Below are positions 47,561-57,482 of a stretch of DNA of 64,000 nucleotides, piece by piece. The notes under the pieces are model-generated. The model made no database searches, was not told the origin of the DNA, and saw nothing but the letters and a program-made list of their open reading frames with translations. A program made the translations under genes and the position numbers. Where the stretch lies: contig JAZRUS010000072.1 of NCBI GenBank assembly GCA_045652665.1, positions 10,121-74,120 of the forward strand, read 5' to 3'. The stretch is from Eubacteriales bacterium. GTDB lineage: Bacteria; Bacillota; Clostridia; Oscillospirales; CAG-272. The first letter of the stretch is position 1, and every line of letters starts with the position of its first letter.

Positions 47561-48799
47561 TTACTTGTTTTTAGCTAAGGAACGAATCATTTCGTAGTAT
47601 GCTTTGGCGGCTTGCTCGGTTTTGTTCGTTCCAAATTGATAATATTTTCTACCTATCAGATCGTTTGGCAGATAATCCTGCTTAACGTAGTTGTTTTCGT
47701 AATCGTGCGGATAGAGATAACCTGTAAAATTAGGGCTCCTTAGATGCTCCGGAACGGTGGTGCCGAGTCCCTTGTTCATATCTTCAGAGGCAAGATGGTA
47801 TGCCATATACGTTGAATTTGACTTTGGGGACGTTGCAAGTATGCAGGTAGCATTTGCCAGCGGAATTGCTGCTTCGGGCAGTCCCACGGCTTTTGCACTT
47901 TCAACGCAGGCGTGTGTAATTACAGGTGCCAGCGGATATGCGGCGCCAACGTCCTCACTGGCTATTACCATAAGCCTTCTGCAAGCTGAAAGCATATCGC
48001 CCGATGCAAGAATTTTTGCAAGGTAAAAGACTGCTGCATCAGGATCTGAGCCGCGAATGGATTTTTGAAGGCAGGAGAGCAGATCGTAATGAGAGTCTCC
48101 GTCTCTATCAAAGTGTCCGATTACAGACGGGATCAGTGAGCTTACCGTCTCCTCTGTGATCTCTCTGTCCGAGATATAGAACGCATTTTCAATAACTCCT
48201 ATTCCCATTCTGACGTCGCCGCCTGTTGCGGATGCAACGGCATAGAGAATCTCATCGTCGCAGGTTTTTGAGTCACTGAAATCTGCATTTAGCACGTCAA
48301 TTGCCCGCCTAAGCGCAGGAACACAGTCACCGGCAGTGACAGACTTGAATTCAAATACTGATGAGCGGGAGAGAAGGGCATTGTAAACGTAGTAATACGG
48401 ATTTTCTGTCGTTGAGGCAATCAGCGTGATCTTGCCGTTTTCCATAAATTCAAGCAGAGATTGCTGTTGCTTTTTATTGAAGTATTGTATTTCATCCAGA
48501 TATAACAGTGTTCCGTTGCCTGCAAACATATTGTCGGTAGAGTTTATGACATCTTTTACGTCGGATATAGATGCGGTTGTTGCATTCAGCTTGTATAGCT
48601 GCATATCGGAGAGTGAAGCAATTATATTAGCTACAGTGGTTTTTCCCGTACCGGGAGGACCGCTGAATATCATATTCGGAATTCTCCCGCCTTCAACAAG
48701 CTTGCGAATTATTCCGTTTTTTCCAATCAGATGTTGTTGTCCCGCGACCTCATCAAAGGTTTTTGGACGCATTCTGTCTGCGAGAGGCTGAGTTATCAT
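47561..48799 (-). CDS. rarA: replication-associated recombination protein A (AAA+ ATPase)
   Basis: 412 aa with [36 protein letters not shown], and a C-terminal MgsA domain. Confidence 0.93.
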   Translation of the reverse strand: MITQPLADRMRPKTFDEVAGQQHLIGKNGIIRKLVEGGRIPNMIFSGPPGTGKTTVANIIASLSDMQLYKLNATTASISDVKDVINSTDNMFAGNGTLLYLDEIQYFNKKQQQSLLEFMENGKITLIASTTENPYYYVYNALLSRSSVFEFKSVTAGDCVPALRRAIDVLNADFSDSKTCDDEILYAVASATGGDVRMGIGVIENAFYISDREITEETVSSLIPSVIGHFDRDGDSHYDLLSCLQKSIRGSDPDAAVFYLAKILASGDMLSACRRLMVIASEDVGAAYPLAPVITHACVESAKAVGLPEAAIPLANATCILATSPKSNSTYMAYHLASEDMNKGLGTTVPEHLRSPNFTGYLYPHDYENNYVKQDYLPNDLIGRKYYQFGTNKTEQAAKAYYEMIRSLAKNK

Positions 48800-48813
48800 A
48801 TTTCCTCCGTTTA

Positions 48814-50961
48814 TTAAGATATGGTTGAAGATATAGGAGCAATTATTTCCGAGATGGCGCGTCTTATTTCCTCATGCTCCGGCAAAATAAGAGCAGGATC
48901 GGCATCCGTTAATTTTTTTGCCGCAGAGAAGGCTGCTTCCATAAGCTCTACGTTGTCGCAGAGCTTAGCGTGTTTAAACTCGAAGCCTCCGCTCTGTCGC
49001 ATGCTATCCTGTGATACGGTTGCAAAGAAATCACCGGGACCGCGAAGGATCAAATCCTTCTCCGCGATCTCATATCCGTCGTACGTTGTACGCATTATTT
49101 CAAGACGGCCGCGAGCTGTTTCGGATGTTTGATCCGAAACAAGGACACAGTAGGATTTTCTGTTTCCTCTGCCGACTCTGCCTCGAAGCTGGTGCAGCTG
49201 AGCAAGTCCGAATCTATCGGCGTTTTCTATTATCATAAGGGTTGCGTTTGGTACGTTTACACCAACCTCGATTACTGTAGTTGAAACCAAAACGTTGATC
49301 TTTCCTTCAGAAAAATCCGTCATTATTTTATCTTTTTCATTTGATTTTAACCTACCGTGTAGACATGCGATAGTTAAATTAGGAAGTGTCTGCCTCAGAT
49401 TTTCTGCGTATTCTACAGCATTTTTTAAATTTGATTCATGTTTTAAAAGAAGACTGTCAGGATTAAGCGACTGTAGTTCGTATAGATCAAGCGCATCTTC
49501 TTTTGCATCGATCGATGGGCAAACGATGTAGCATTGTCCGCCGTTTTGCGCCTGTTTTAAAATAAAATCATTTAATCTTGTGCGGTAGCTTTCGTTAACG
49601 ACAAACGTATCCACCTTTGTGCGTCCCTTGGGCATCTCTGTGATCCGTGAAACGTCAAGGTCACCGTACATCGTAAGTGCCAGTGTGCGTGGAATCGGTG
49701 TAGCACTCATAACAAGAAGGTGCGCCGCCTTTGATTTGTCCTTAAGGGTTGCTCTTTGCGCTACTCCAAATCTGTGCTGTTCGTCCGTTACTACAAGTCC
49801 GAGATTTGAAAAGTTAAGCTTGTCTGAGAGCAGGGAGTGTGTTCCGATGACTATCTGTGCTTCGCCTGTTTCAACGGAGGTATAAATTCTTTTTTTCTCT
49901 TTTGTCGTCGTCGCACCGAGTAAAAGCTCAGTCTTTATACCAAGGCGTTTCATCAGCTCGCTTACGTCATTGAAATGCTGGTGCGCGAGAATTTCCGTAG
50001 GTGCCATAAGTGCGGTCTGGTATCCGCTTTTTACGGCAATATACATTGCCATTATCGCGCATACCGTTTTTCCGGAGCCGACGTCACCCACCAGAATTCT
50101 AGCCATGGGGTGTATTTTGCCGTCGTTACCTTTAATTACTGTGTCTCTGTAAATATCGTTGACCGATTTCTTCTGAGAATCGGTAAGCTCGTAGGGGAGA
50201 AGATTCGTCACCGGTGAAAGATCGCAGGGCGAAAACTGAGCACCCTCGCCGATTTTTTTATGCTGACTTGAAAGAGAAATGCCTATTCCAAAGGTAAAAA
50301 GCTCGTCAAAGGCGAGTCTTGAGAGTGCAGCAGAAAGCGCTTTTTCATTTTCGGGAAAATGAACGTTTTTCAGAGCGTAAGATAAAACCGGCAGAGAGTG
50401 TTCAAGGCGTATATCGTCGGGCAAAGGATCCTTGATCTCGTGCAACACCTCATCCAGTGCAATTTTTGTGATTTTATCTATCATATTTGATGATATTCCG
50501 TCCGTGAGCGAATATACGGGAACGAGGTAGGGAAGAGGAATTCCCGGAAGGACAGGTTCAAATTTTGGATTTGTAAACTGAATTTTGTTCTTTGCGTATA
50601 TTGGCTTGCCGTAAAATCTGAATTCTGCTCCGATATGAAATATATCCTTGATATACGGGGAATTGAAGAAGGTTATCTCGCAGGCACCGCTTTCGTCGAA
50701 GGCTCTGAATTTTGATATTGTGAGTCCCTTGCGTATAGCGGCGGATTTGACCTCTGACGCAACAGTCAGGATGACGGATTCGTTAATGCCTGGGTCGACC
50801 TTTGAGAGTAATTTGACGTTTCCCCGTCTTTCGTAAGCGCGCGGAAAAAGGTATACTAGATCCTTGAGTGTAAATATACCAAGTCTTGCAAGCTGCTTTT
50901 GTCGTGTTGTACCGATTCCCGGCAGTTCACTGACGGAGGATGACAAAGTAAATTTTTTCAC
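48814..50961 (-). CDS. recG: ATP-dependent DNA helicase RecG
   Basis: GTG start after AAAGGAG. Wedge domain, then GDVGSGKT, TDEQHRFG, QLHQLRGRVGRG. Confidence 0.95.
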   Translation of the reverse strand: MKKFTLSSSVSELPGIGTTRQKQLARLGIFTLKDLVYLFPRAYERRGNVKLLSKVDPGINESVILTVASEVKSAAIRKGLTISKFRAFDESGACEITFFNSPYIKDIFHIGAEFRFYGKPIYAKNKIQFTNPKFEPVLPGIPLPYLVPVYSLTDGISSNMIDKITKIALDEVLHEIKDPLPDDIRLEHSLPVLSYALKNVHFPENEKALSAALSRLAFDELFTFGIGISLSSQHKKIGEGAQFSPCDLSPVTNLLPYELTDSQKKSVNDIYRDTVIKGNDGKIHPMARILVGDVGSGKTVCAIMAMYIAVKSGYQTALMAPTEILAHQHFNDVSELMKRLGIKTELLLGATTTKEKKRIYTSVETGEAQIVIGTHSLLSDKLNFSNLGLVVTDEQHRFGVAQRATLKDKSKAAHLLVMSATPIPRTLALTMYGDLDVSRITEMPKGRTKVDTFVVNESYRTRLNDFILKQAQNGGQCYIVCPSIDAKEDALDLYELQSLNPDSLLLKHESNLKNAVEYAENLRQTLPNLTIACLHGRLKSNEKDKIMTDFSEGKINVLVSTTVIEVGVNVPNATLMIIENADRFGLAQLHQLRGRVGRGNRKSYCVLVSDQTSETARGRLEIMRTTYDGYEIAEKDLILRGPGDFFATVSQDSMRQSGGFEFKHAKLCDNVELMEAAFSAAKKLTDADPALILPEHEEIRRAISEIIAPISSTIS

Positions 50962-51108
50962 GGCGCGCTCCTTTCTTCGTTTGTAACTATATTTTACACT
51001 ATGTTTTTGCTTTTTTCAATAAGAAAAACAATTTTAGGTAAAAATCAGTCGGAAACGTGAGGAAACTCGGTAATTTACAGATATTTAACAGTTTTTTTGA
51101 AATCTTCC

Positions 51109-51137
51109 TTTACAAAGCACTATTAATGTGTTATAAT
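51109..51137 (+). promoter_or_regulatory. promoter for the yybS-gdpP-rplI-dnaB unit
   Basis: TTTACA (51109-51114), 17-nt spacer, TATAAT (51132-51137). Confidence 0.5.
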
Positions 51138-51176
51138 ATAATGTAATTATATAATTTATTCTGTGATGGAGTCGGA

Positions 51177-52160
51177 ATGCTTTTTGAGCTGAATGATACA
51201 AAAGAATACAGTCAAGCAATTGTTAAGCTGTCGATTTTAACGTCAGTGGCCGTTTTAGGGTGCATTCTTTTCGGCTTTTTCTGTCTTCCTGTTGCTGCGG
51301 CATACTATGCTGCGTTGCTTTTATATGAAAGACCCGGAAAAAGAATAATGAGCATCGTTATTCCTGCCGTGTACTTTGCGTTGAATTTCTTTCTTCAACC
51401 TGCTTTTTCTTTGGATGCACTTGCATACGTTGTTCTTGGCGCTATTATTTATTTTTCGGTTAAGAAATCACGCTCTAAGGGCGAAACTGCGTTTTGGATG
51501 ACGGTTGCTACACTTGTAATAATTATTTTAACTACGTTTTTCCTAGCGTTTGAAGTAAACGGTGATATAGGATTCCTCTCGATTAAGCAATTTTATTCGG
51601 GAGTTTACCGTAATCTGAAGGAAGAGGTTATGGAGCGAATCCTTGCGCTTAAAACTACCTCGGAGGAAGGAATCGTATCCTATGCATACAACTTCTATGA
51701 GGCAGAGAGGCTGTTTGAGGAATTGGCGATGTCCGTAATTCCTTTAGCGATTCTGTCAGCCTTCCTCATAGTCGGTATTTCTCTTAAGCTTTTTGCTACC
51801 GTAATTGCGAAATACTCCGGAGCAGATTGCGGAATATATTTCTGGAGCTTCGGTACTTCAAATCTTGTTGCGTATTTTTACGTGATAACTTATGTTATCG
51901 GTATGATAGCAGAGTCTGACGGAAGTCTGTTTGCGTTTACGGTTATGTCGCTAACTACGGTTTTTTCGGTAGTTTATGCCTATATTGGCGTAAGATTTGT
52001 TTTTTACTTTATTCTCTCGCGGGGTAAGAGCGCATGGCTTGCTATACTTATTATCGCTCTGGGCTTTGTGATTATGTCCTTGGTTGCGCTTCAAATTCTC
52101 TCGTTTATCGGTGTTACGGTAAATATCATAGCTAACAAAGCTCAGTCTAAAGCAAAATAA
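51177..52160 (+). CDS. YybS-like polytopic membrane protein (DUF2232)
   Basis: 327 aa with multiple TM helices. It occupies the conserved Firmicute position immediately upstream of gdpP. Confidence 0.7.
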   Translation: MLFELNDTKEYSQAIVKLSILTSVAVLGCILFGFFCLPVAAAYYAALLLYERPGKRIMSIVIPAVYFALNFFLQPAFSLDALAYVVLGAIIYFSVKKSRSKGETAFWMTVATLVIIILTTFFLAFEVNGDIGFLSIKQFYSGVYRNLKEEVMERILALKTTSEEGIVSYAYNFYEAERLFEELAMSVIPLAILSAFLIVGISLKLFATVIAKYSGADCGIYFWSFGTSNLVAYFYVITYVIGMIAESDGSLFAFTVMSLTTVFSVVYAYIGVRFVFYFILSRGKSAWLAILIIALGFVIMSLVALQILSFIGVTVNIIANKAQSKAK

Positions 52161-52188
52161 CGGCTTATATTATGAAAGGTCAGTGAAT

Positions 52189-54189
52189 ATGTCAGTCAAT
52201 AAGAACCGATTGGTGAAATTTCGAATACCTTATGCGACGCGCTTTGAGATAACGCTTTGCATTATTCTTGCGTGTCTTAATCTTGCGCTTCTTGCGATTA
52301 TATGCGAGTTTTGGGAGATATCGGCTGTAATTCCCGCCGTTATGATCGCGATCCTCTATCTTATTGAGGTGACGGTAATTGAAATTAATCATAAATCCAA
52401 CTTGAAGGTCCTACCGAAAAAAAACATTCATCGGCTTCTTAACGAGGACGGAAGTGTAATAATTAAAAATTCGCTCTATCCGGTTATTGCTCTTGATATG
52501 TACGGAAGCGTTCTGTGGTATAACGATTCGATGCGTGCGGTGATCGCAAGCGAGGAAAACCTAGTCGGTGAAAACGTAGATAAAATTTTCTCAACGGATT
52601 TCGATCCGGAAAACTCTGCCGGCCTCGTCACCGAGATCAACGGCAGAAAATATAAGGTAGAGGGCTTTAAGGTCAGCGACGAGGGCGAGGGACTTTATAT
52701 TGCGATGCTCACCGACGTTACGGCACTCAGTGAGGCGGAGAAGAAATATACCGACGAACGCGTTGCCGTTGCTTATATTGCTATCGATAACGTTGAGGAC
52801 GTGTTACAGTATGTTCACGAGCAATCGCGCGATGCTGTTTCTACGGTTGACGACACTCTGAAAAATTGGGCGAAATCCATTAATGCGGTAATAAGATCCT
52901 ACGATAACGATAAATACATTATGTTCTTTGATTCCAAGTATCTCGACGAGTGTATAAGCGACAGATTCGCAATACTTGATCGGATCAGAGATGCCAGAGT
53001 GGGCGACAGTGTTTCCTTGACGGTCTCTATCGGCGTATCTCGAGTTAAAGGTTCGCTTCGTGACCGTGAGCTTGCTGCTAGGGATGCTATAGATATGGCT
53101 TTGCAGCGCGGCGGTGACCAGGCTGTCTATAAGACCGAAACCACTACCGAATATTTCGGCGGAAGAACGAAGTCGGTTTATAAGCGCTCTAACGTTCGTT
53201 CAAGAACGTTTACGAACCAGCTCACCGCACTTATGGCGAGAGCGGATAATGTTATTATAATGGGGCACAGATACGGCGATTTTGATTCCTTCGGTGCATC
53301 GGTCGGCGTAGCGCGTCTTTGTATGCTGTGCGGAGTAAAAACAAATATAGCGATCGATATGCGCGATAAAAACCTTGAGCCATGTATCAGAATGATGCAG
53401 GAGACCGACCTTTATTCGACGATATTTATCGATAACGCCGAGGCGCTTGACCTTGTTGGACCGGACACACTCGTCGTTTTAGTTGACCATAATGCCATTG
53501 AGCGCGCGCAGTTTGCTGATATTTCCAAGAAGGTAAGCTCGGTTGCCGTTATCGACCATCACAGGAAGATAGAAAAGATGCCGGAAACGGTCAAGCTCTC
53601 GTATATAGAGCCCTCTGCCTCAAGCGCGTGCGAGCTTGTAACCGAAATGCTTGAAAATTCCATAAGCTCGCAGAATCTTCTTAAGGAGCTTGCGGATATG
53701 CTGCTTGCCGGTATTCTCCTTGATACTAAGCAGTTTACAAGAAGCACCGGTACGCGCACCTTTGGTGCCGCTCAGTATCTTCGTGGCGCGGGAGCAAGCC
53801 CGACAGATGTTTATAACCTCTTTAAGACCTCTGCCGAGGATCTTTCCAAAGAGGCACGTTTCCACACGTCGATAGTTACCTATAAGGATAATATAGCGAT
53901 TTCCGCGTGTGACGGAGACACTGATGAGAGCTACCGTGTAATCGCCTCAAAGGCAGCGGATAAAATGCTTACGCTTCGCGGTATTGATGCCGCGTTCACC
54001 CTCGTAAGGATCGGTGAGCAGGTGCATATATCGGGTAGATCAAACGGAAGGATCAACGTTCAGCTTATTCTTGAAAAATTCAAGGGCGGCGGTCATTTCG
54101 ACGTTGCAGGCGCACAAGTGATATCGGATTCTGTTACCGACGTGCTTGAAGATCTTAAAGCGGGTATTGACGATTATCTTGAACAGTAA
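52189..54189 (+). CDS. gdpP: GdpP-type DHH/DHHA1 phosphodiesterase (cyclic-di-AMP phosphodiesterase)
   Basis: Two N-terminal TM helices, a PAS-like region and a degenerate GGDEF region. DHH motifs (GHRYGDFDSFG, VLVDHN, VIDHHR, GILLDT). DHHA1 motif GGGH. Confidence 0.88.
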   Translation: MSVNKNRLVKFRIPYATRFEITLCIILACLNLALLAIICEFWEISAVIPAVMIAILYLIEVTVIEINHKSNLKVLPKKNIHRLLNEDGSVIIKNSLYPVIALDMYGSVLWYNDSMRAVIASEENLVGENVDKIFSTDFDPENSAGLVTEINGRKYKVEGFKVSDEGEGLYIAMLTDVTALSEAEKKYTDERVAVAYIAIDNVEDVLQYVHEQSRDAVSTVDDTLKNWAKSINAVIRSYDNDKYIMFFDSKYLDECISDRFAILDRIRDARVGDSVSLTVSIGVSRVKGSLRDRELAARDAIDMALQRGGDQAVYKTETTTEYFGGRTKSVYKRSNVRSRTFTNQLTALMARADNVIIMGHRYGDFDSFGASVGVARLCMLCGVKTNIAIDMRDKNLEPCIRMMQETDLYSTIFIDNAEALDLVGPDTLVVLVDHNAIERAQFADISKKVSSVAVIDHHRKIEKMPETVKLSYIEPSASSACELVTEMLENSISSQNLLKELADMLLAGILLDTKQFTRSTGTRTFGAAQYLRGAGASPTDVYNLFKTSAEDLSKEARFHTSIVTYKDNIAISACDGDTDESYRVIASKAADKMLTLRGIDAAFTLVRIGEQVHISGRSNGRINVQLILEKFKGGGHFDVAGAQVISDSVTDVLEDLKAGIDDYLEQ

Positions 54190-54204
54190 TTAAGGAGACA
54201 TAAA

Positions 54205-54648
54205 ATGAAGGTTATTTTACTTTGTGACGTAAAAGGACAAGGAAAAAAGGATCAGATCATCAACGTATCCGACGGATACGCACGTAATTTCCTCTTTCCT
54301 CAGAAAAAGGCGATCCCTGCCGATGCTAAGGCTACGAGCGAGCTTAAGAGCCGCGAGGATGCCAAGCAATACCGTATAAATGAGGACAGAAAGGCGGCTC
54401 AGGCACTTGCGGATAAAATCAAATCTGTGACCGTTGATATCGTAATGGGGCACGGACAGGACGGAAGGCTTTACGGCTCGGTAACGTCAAAGGATATTGC
54501 CGCTGAGCTTTCTAAGCTCGTCGGTGCCGAAATAGATAAGAGAAAGATTAATCTTAAAGAAGCTATAAAGGCATACGGAAGCTATGACGTTGAAATAAAG
54601 CTTCTTCAGGACATAAGTTCTAAATTTGTTGTTAGGGTACACGACTGA
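54205..54648 (+). CDS. rplI: 50S ribosomal protein L9
   Basis: 147 aa beginning [36 protein letters not shown]. Confidence 0.96.
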   Translation: MKVILLCDVKGQGKKDQIINVSDGYARNFLFPQKKAIPADAKATSELKSREDAKQYRINEDRKAAQALADKIKSVTVDIVMGHGQDGRLYGSVTSKDIAAELSKLVGAEIDKRKINLKEAIKAYGSYDVEIKLLQDISSKFVVRVHD

Positions 54649-54667
54649 GGCTCGTTGGTGACTTAAA

Positions 54668-56029
54668 ATGGATAATAACAGTATTATTAGGCAGATGCCT
54701 ATCAGCGTTGAGGCTGAGCAGGCGTTACTTGGCGCTCTAATAACCAATTCCGAGGCGTTTGATAAGGTTGCGGGAAAGATAACTGCGGATGATTTTTATC
54801 TTGACGAGCATAAGCATATTTACGCTGCGCTTATCAGGATGTATAATCAGAGTAAGGTTATAGATACCGTAACGCTTGTCAACGCGCTTGTTGAATACGG
54901 TGACCGCGATGAGGCTGGAGGAATTCAGTATATTGCCACTCTTGCAAATTCCGTTCCCGCGGTTGCAAACGTAAGGGATTATGCGCGTATCGTTGAGGAA
55001 AAAGCACTTTTGCGTAAGCTCATCGGAGTTTGCGAGGAGATAAGCGTAGATGCATACGATGAGGGCGCACCGGTAAAGTCCATAGTAGACAGTGCAGAGC
55101 AAAAAATATTTGACCTTTCGCATAACAGCGATTCCAAGGATTTCCGACACATCCGTGATATTCTTCAGAACGTTTACCATGAAATAGAGGTTCTCGCGGA
55201 AACGAACGGTGCCGTTACAGGTGCTAAGACCGGATTTTCGGGCCTTGACCGGATGCTTATTCAGATGGGAAAGGGCGACCTTGTAATCGTTGGCGCGCGC
55301 CCCGGTATGGGTAAGACCTCCTTTGCGATGAACATTGCCGTAAACGTAGCAAAACAAAATAAGGCGGTTGCCATCTTCTCCCTTGAGATGTCGGGAGAGC
55401 AGCTTGTAACCCGTATTTTGTCAAGTGAGGCTATGATCGATTCTCACAAGCTTCGTACCGGCCAGCTGAAGAGCGAGGATTGGGAAAATCTGGCGAATAT
55501 TATATCTAATCTATCGGGATGTGACATATATATTGACGATACCTCTGCTATCACCAGTGCAGATATGAAATCAAAACTACGAAGGATTTCCAATCTCGGC
55601 TTGGTAGTTATCGACTATATCGGTCTTATGCAGAGCACGTCAAATACCGATAACAGAGCCCAGCAGGTGGGTGAGATATCCCGTAACCTTAAGATTATGG
55701 CAAAGGATTTTGGTGTTCCGATCGTTTGCTGTGCCCAGCTTAACCGTGGAACCGAGTCTCGCACCGGCGACGCAAAAAAGCCGACGCTTGCCGACCTTCG
55801 CGACTCGGGATCAATAGAGCAGGATGCCGACATAGTGCTCTTCCTGTACCGCGATGAATATTATAAGGATATAAGCGGAAGCGATAAGCAGGGAGAGTCG
55901 GGCAGCGCAAATACTGCTGAGGTAATAGTAGCCAAAAACAGGCATGGCTCGGTAGGAAACGTTAAGATGGGCTGGATAGGTCAGTTCACTAAATTCAGAA
56001 CGCTTGAGGAAGATTTGCAGGCGTTATGA
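54668..56029 (+). CDS. dnaB: replicative DNA helicase
   Basis: 453 aa with PISVEAEQALLGA, Walker A GARPGMGKTSFA, and IDYIGLM, SIEQDAD. Confidence 0.96.
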   Translation: MDNNSIIRQMPISVEAEQALLGALITNSEAFDKVAGKITADDFYLDEHKHIYAALIRMYNQSKVIDTVTLVNALVEYGDRDEAGGIQYIATLANSVPAVANVRDYARIVEEKALLRKLIGVCEEISVDAYDEGAPVKSIVDSAEQKIFDLSHNSDSKDFRHIRDILQNVYHEIEVLAETNGAVTGAKTGFSGLDRMLIQMGKGDLVIVGARPGMGKTSFAMNIAVNVAKQNKAVAIFSLEMSGEQLVTRILSSEAMIDSHKLRTGQLKSEDWENLANIISNLSGCDIYIDDTSAITSADMKSKLRRISNLGLVVIDYIGLMQSTSNTDNRAQQVGEISRNLKIMAKDFGVPIVCCAQLNRGTESRTGDAKKPTLADLRDSGSIEQDADIVLFLYRDEYYKDISGSDKQGESGSANTAEVIVAKNRHGSVGNVKMGWIGQFTKFRTLEEDLQAL

Positions 56030-57426
56030 AATTAGATACTACAGGACTGTACGCTTCCAATCCATTCAAGGTAATCTATGGGGATGCGCTCCGCGCTATG
56101 CGTGACCACGGGATGGCGGAGCTTGTGCGTGGCGGTGCGCTTGTTGGCTTTTCCGGCGGCGCAGACTCGGTTATGCTGCTTTTGGTATTGCAAAAGTATA
56201 CGTCTGAAAACGGCTTACGGCTGCCTGTCGCTGTTCACGTTAATCATATGATAAGAGGAGCGGAGGCCGACTTTGATGAGAGCTTTTCGCGTGATTTTTG
56301 CACTGCGCTAGGCGTAGAATTCCTCTCCTATTCGCGTGATATTCCGGCAGAATCAAAGCTCGTTAAGATGGGGCTTGAAGAAACGGCAAGAAATACAAGA
56401 TATTCAATATTCAACGATTTAATGCGCAGCAGAAACGATATTGCTTGCGCAGCTGTTGCTCACAATGCGACCGACAATCTTGAGACGATGATCTTCAATA
56501 TGATGCGTGGCACGGGACTTCGCGGAATGGCTGGAATCGCTCCGCATCGCGACTCGGTCATTCGTCCGCTAATTTACACGCCAAAACGCGATATTATCGC
56601 GGCACTTGATGCCTTCGAGATCCCCTATGTTACCGATAGTACGAATAGCGACCTTGATTACAAGCGTAATTATATCAGGCATGAGATAATACCTCGTTTG
56701 TCTGTTCTTGCTGATGATCCGGAGGCTAGTGCAACGGGACTTTCCGCGCGTTTGCGTGAGGACAATGCTTTTATTGAGACGTTGGCGGCTCGGCTTTTTT
56801 CGTCTGATCAGGATGCTCTAAGCTCCTCCGATCTTGCTAAGGCCGAATTTCCTGTTTTTGCAAGAGCGGTGTCAATGCTTGCTTCCCGTTTCGGTGCGAG
56901 TCTGGAGGAAGTTCATTTACGTAAGATCCGTGAGCTTATCCTGAAGGGAAGCTTCGATTTTTCGGTTGATATCCCCGGTGGCATGCGTTTTTCCTCGGTT
57001 GGGGGCAAAGCTACGGTTTCAAGGAAATCTGACAGCGTGTTTCAAGGCTATGAGTATAGACTTGAGCTTTGTGAGAATTATATACCCGAGGTTGACAAGT
57101 ACGTAATACTTTCACGTCTGCCGATTTCAGAATTTTCTTCAAATGTTTACAAAATTTCAATACAACAGAAAATTGATTCTGATATAATTAAAGGCGAATT
57201 GCTTGTCCGAGAGAAAAGAGACGGCGATTCCTACGTATACGGCAAGATGACCAGGAAGCTTAAAAAGCTTTTTAACGACAGATCGATTTCAATCGAAGCG
57301 AGGGATAAGATACCCGTTATATGTGACTCTATGGGAATTTTGTGGGTTCCCGGCTTTGGAGTGCGTGACGGAGGAGAAAAAAATCCCCAAAATGTCATTT
57401 ATTTTGCTATTGCTGAAAGAGCATAG
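56026..57426 (+). CDS. tilS: tRNA(Ile)-lysidine synthase
   Basis: 466 aa with PP-loop GFSGGADS. The ATG overlaps the dnaB stop. Confidence 0.92.
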   Translation: MKLDTTGLYASNPFKVIYGDALRAMRDHGMAELVRGGALVGFSGGADSVMLLLVLQKYTSENGLRLPVAVHVNHMIRGAEADFDESFSRDFCTALGVEFLSYSRDIPAESKLVKMGLEETARNTRYSIFNDLMRSRNDIACAAVAHNATDNLETMIFNMMRGTGLRGMAGIAPHRDSVIRPLIYTPKRDIIAALDAFEIPYVTDSTNSDLDYKRNYIRHEIIPRLSVLADDPEASATGLSARLREDNAFIETLAARLFSSDQDALSSSDLAKAEFPVFARAVSMLASRFGASLEEVHLRKIRELILKGSFDFSVDIPGGMRFSSVGGKATVSRKSDSVFQGYEYRLELCENYIPEVDKYVILSRLPISEFSSNVYKISIQQKIDSDIIKGELLVREKRDGDSYVYGKMTRKLKKLFNDRSISIEARDKIPVICDSMGILWVPGFGVRDGGEKNPQNVIYFAIAERA

Positions 57427-57482
57427 CATTTTATCAATTGTTTATAATAATTTAAGAGGACTAACAGAAAGGCGCTAACCCT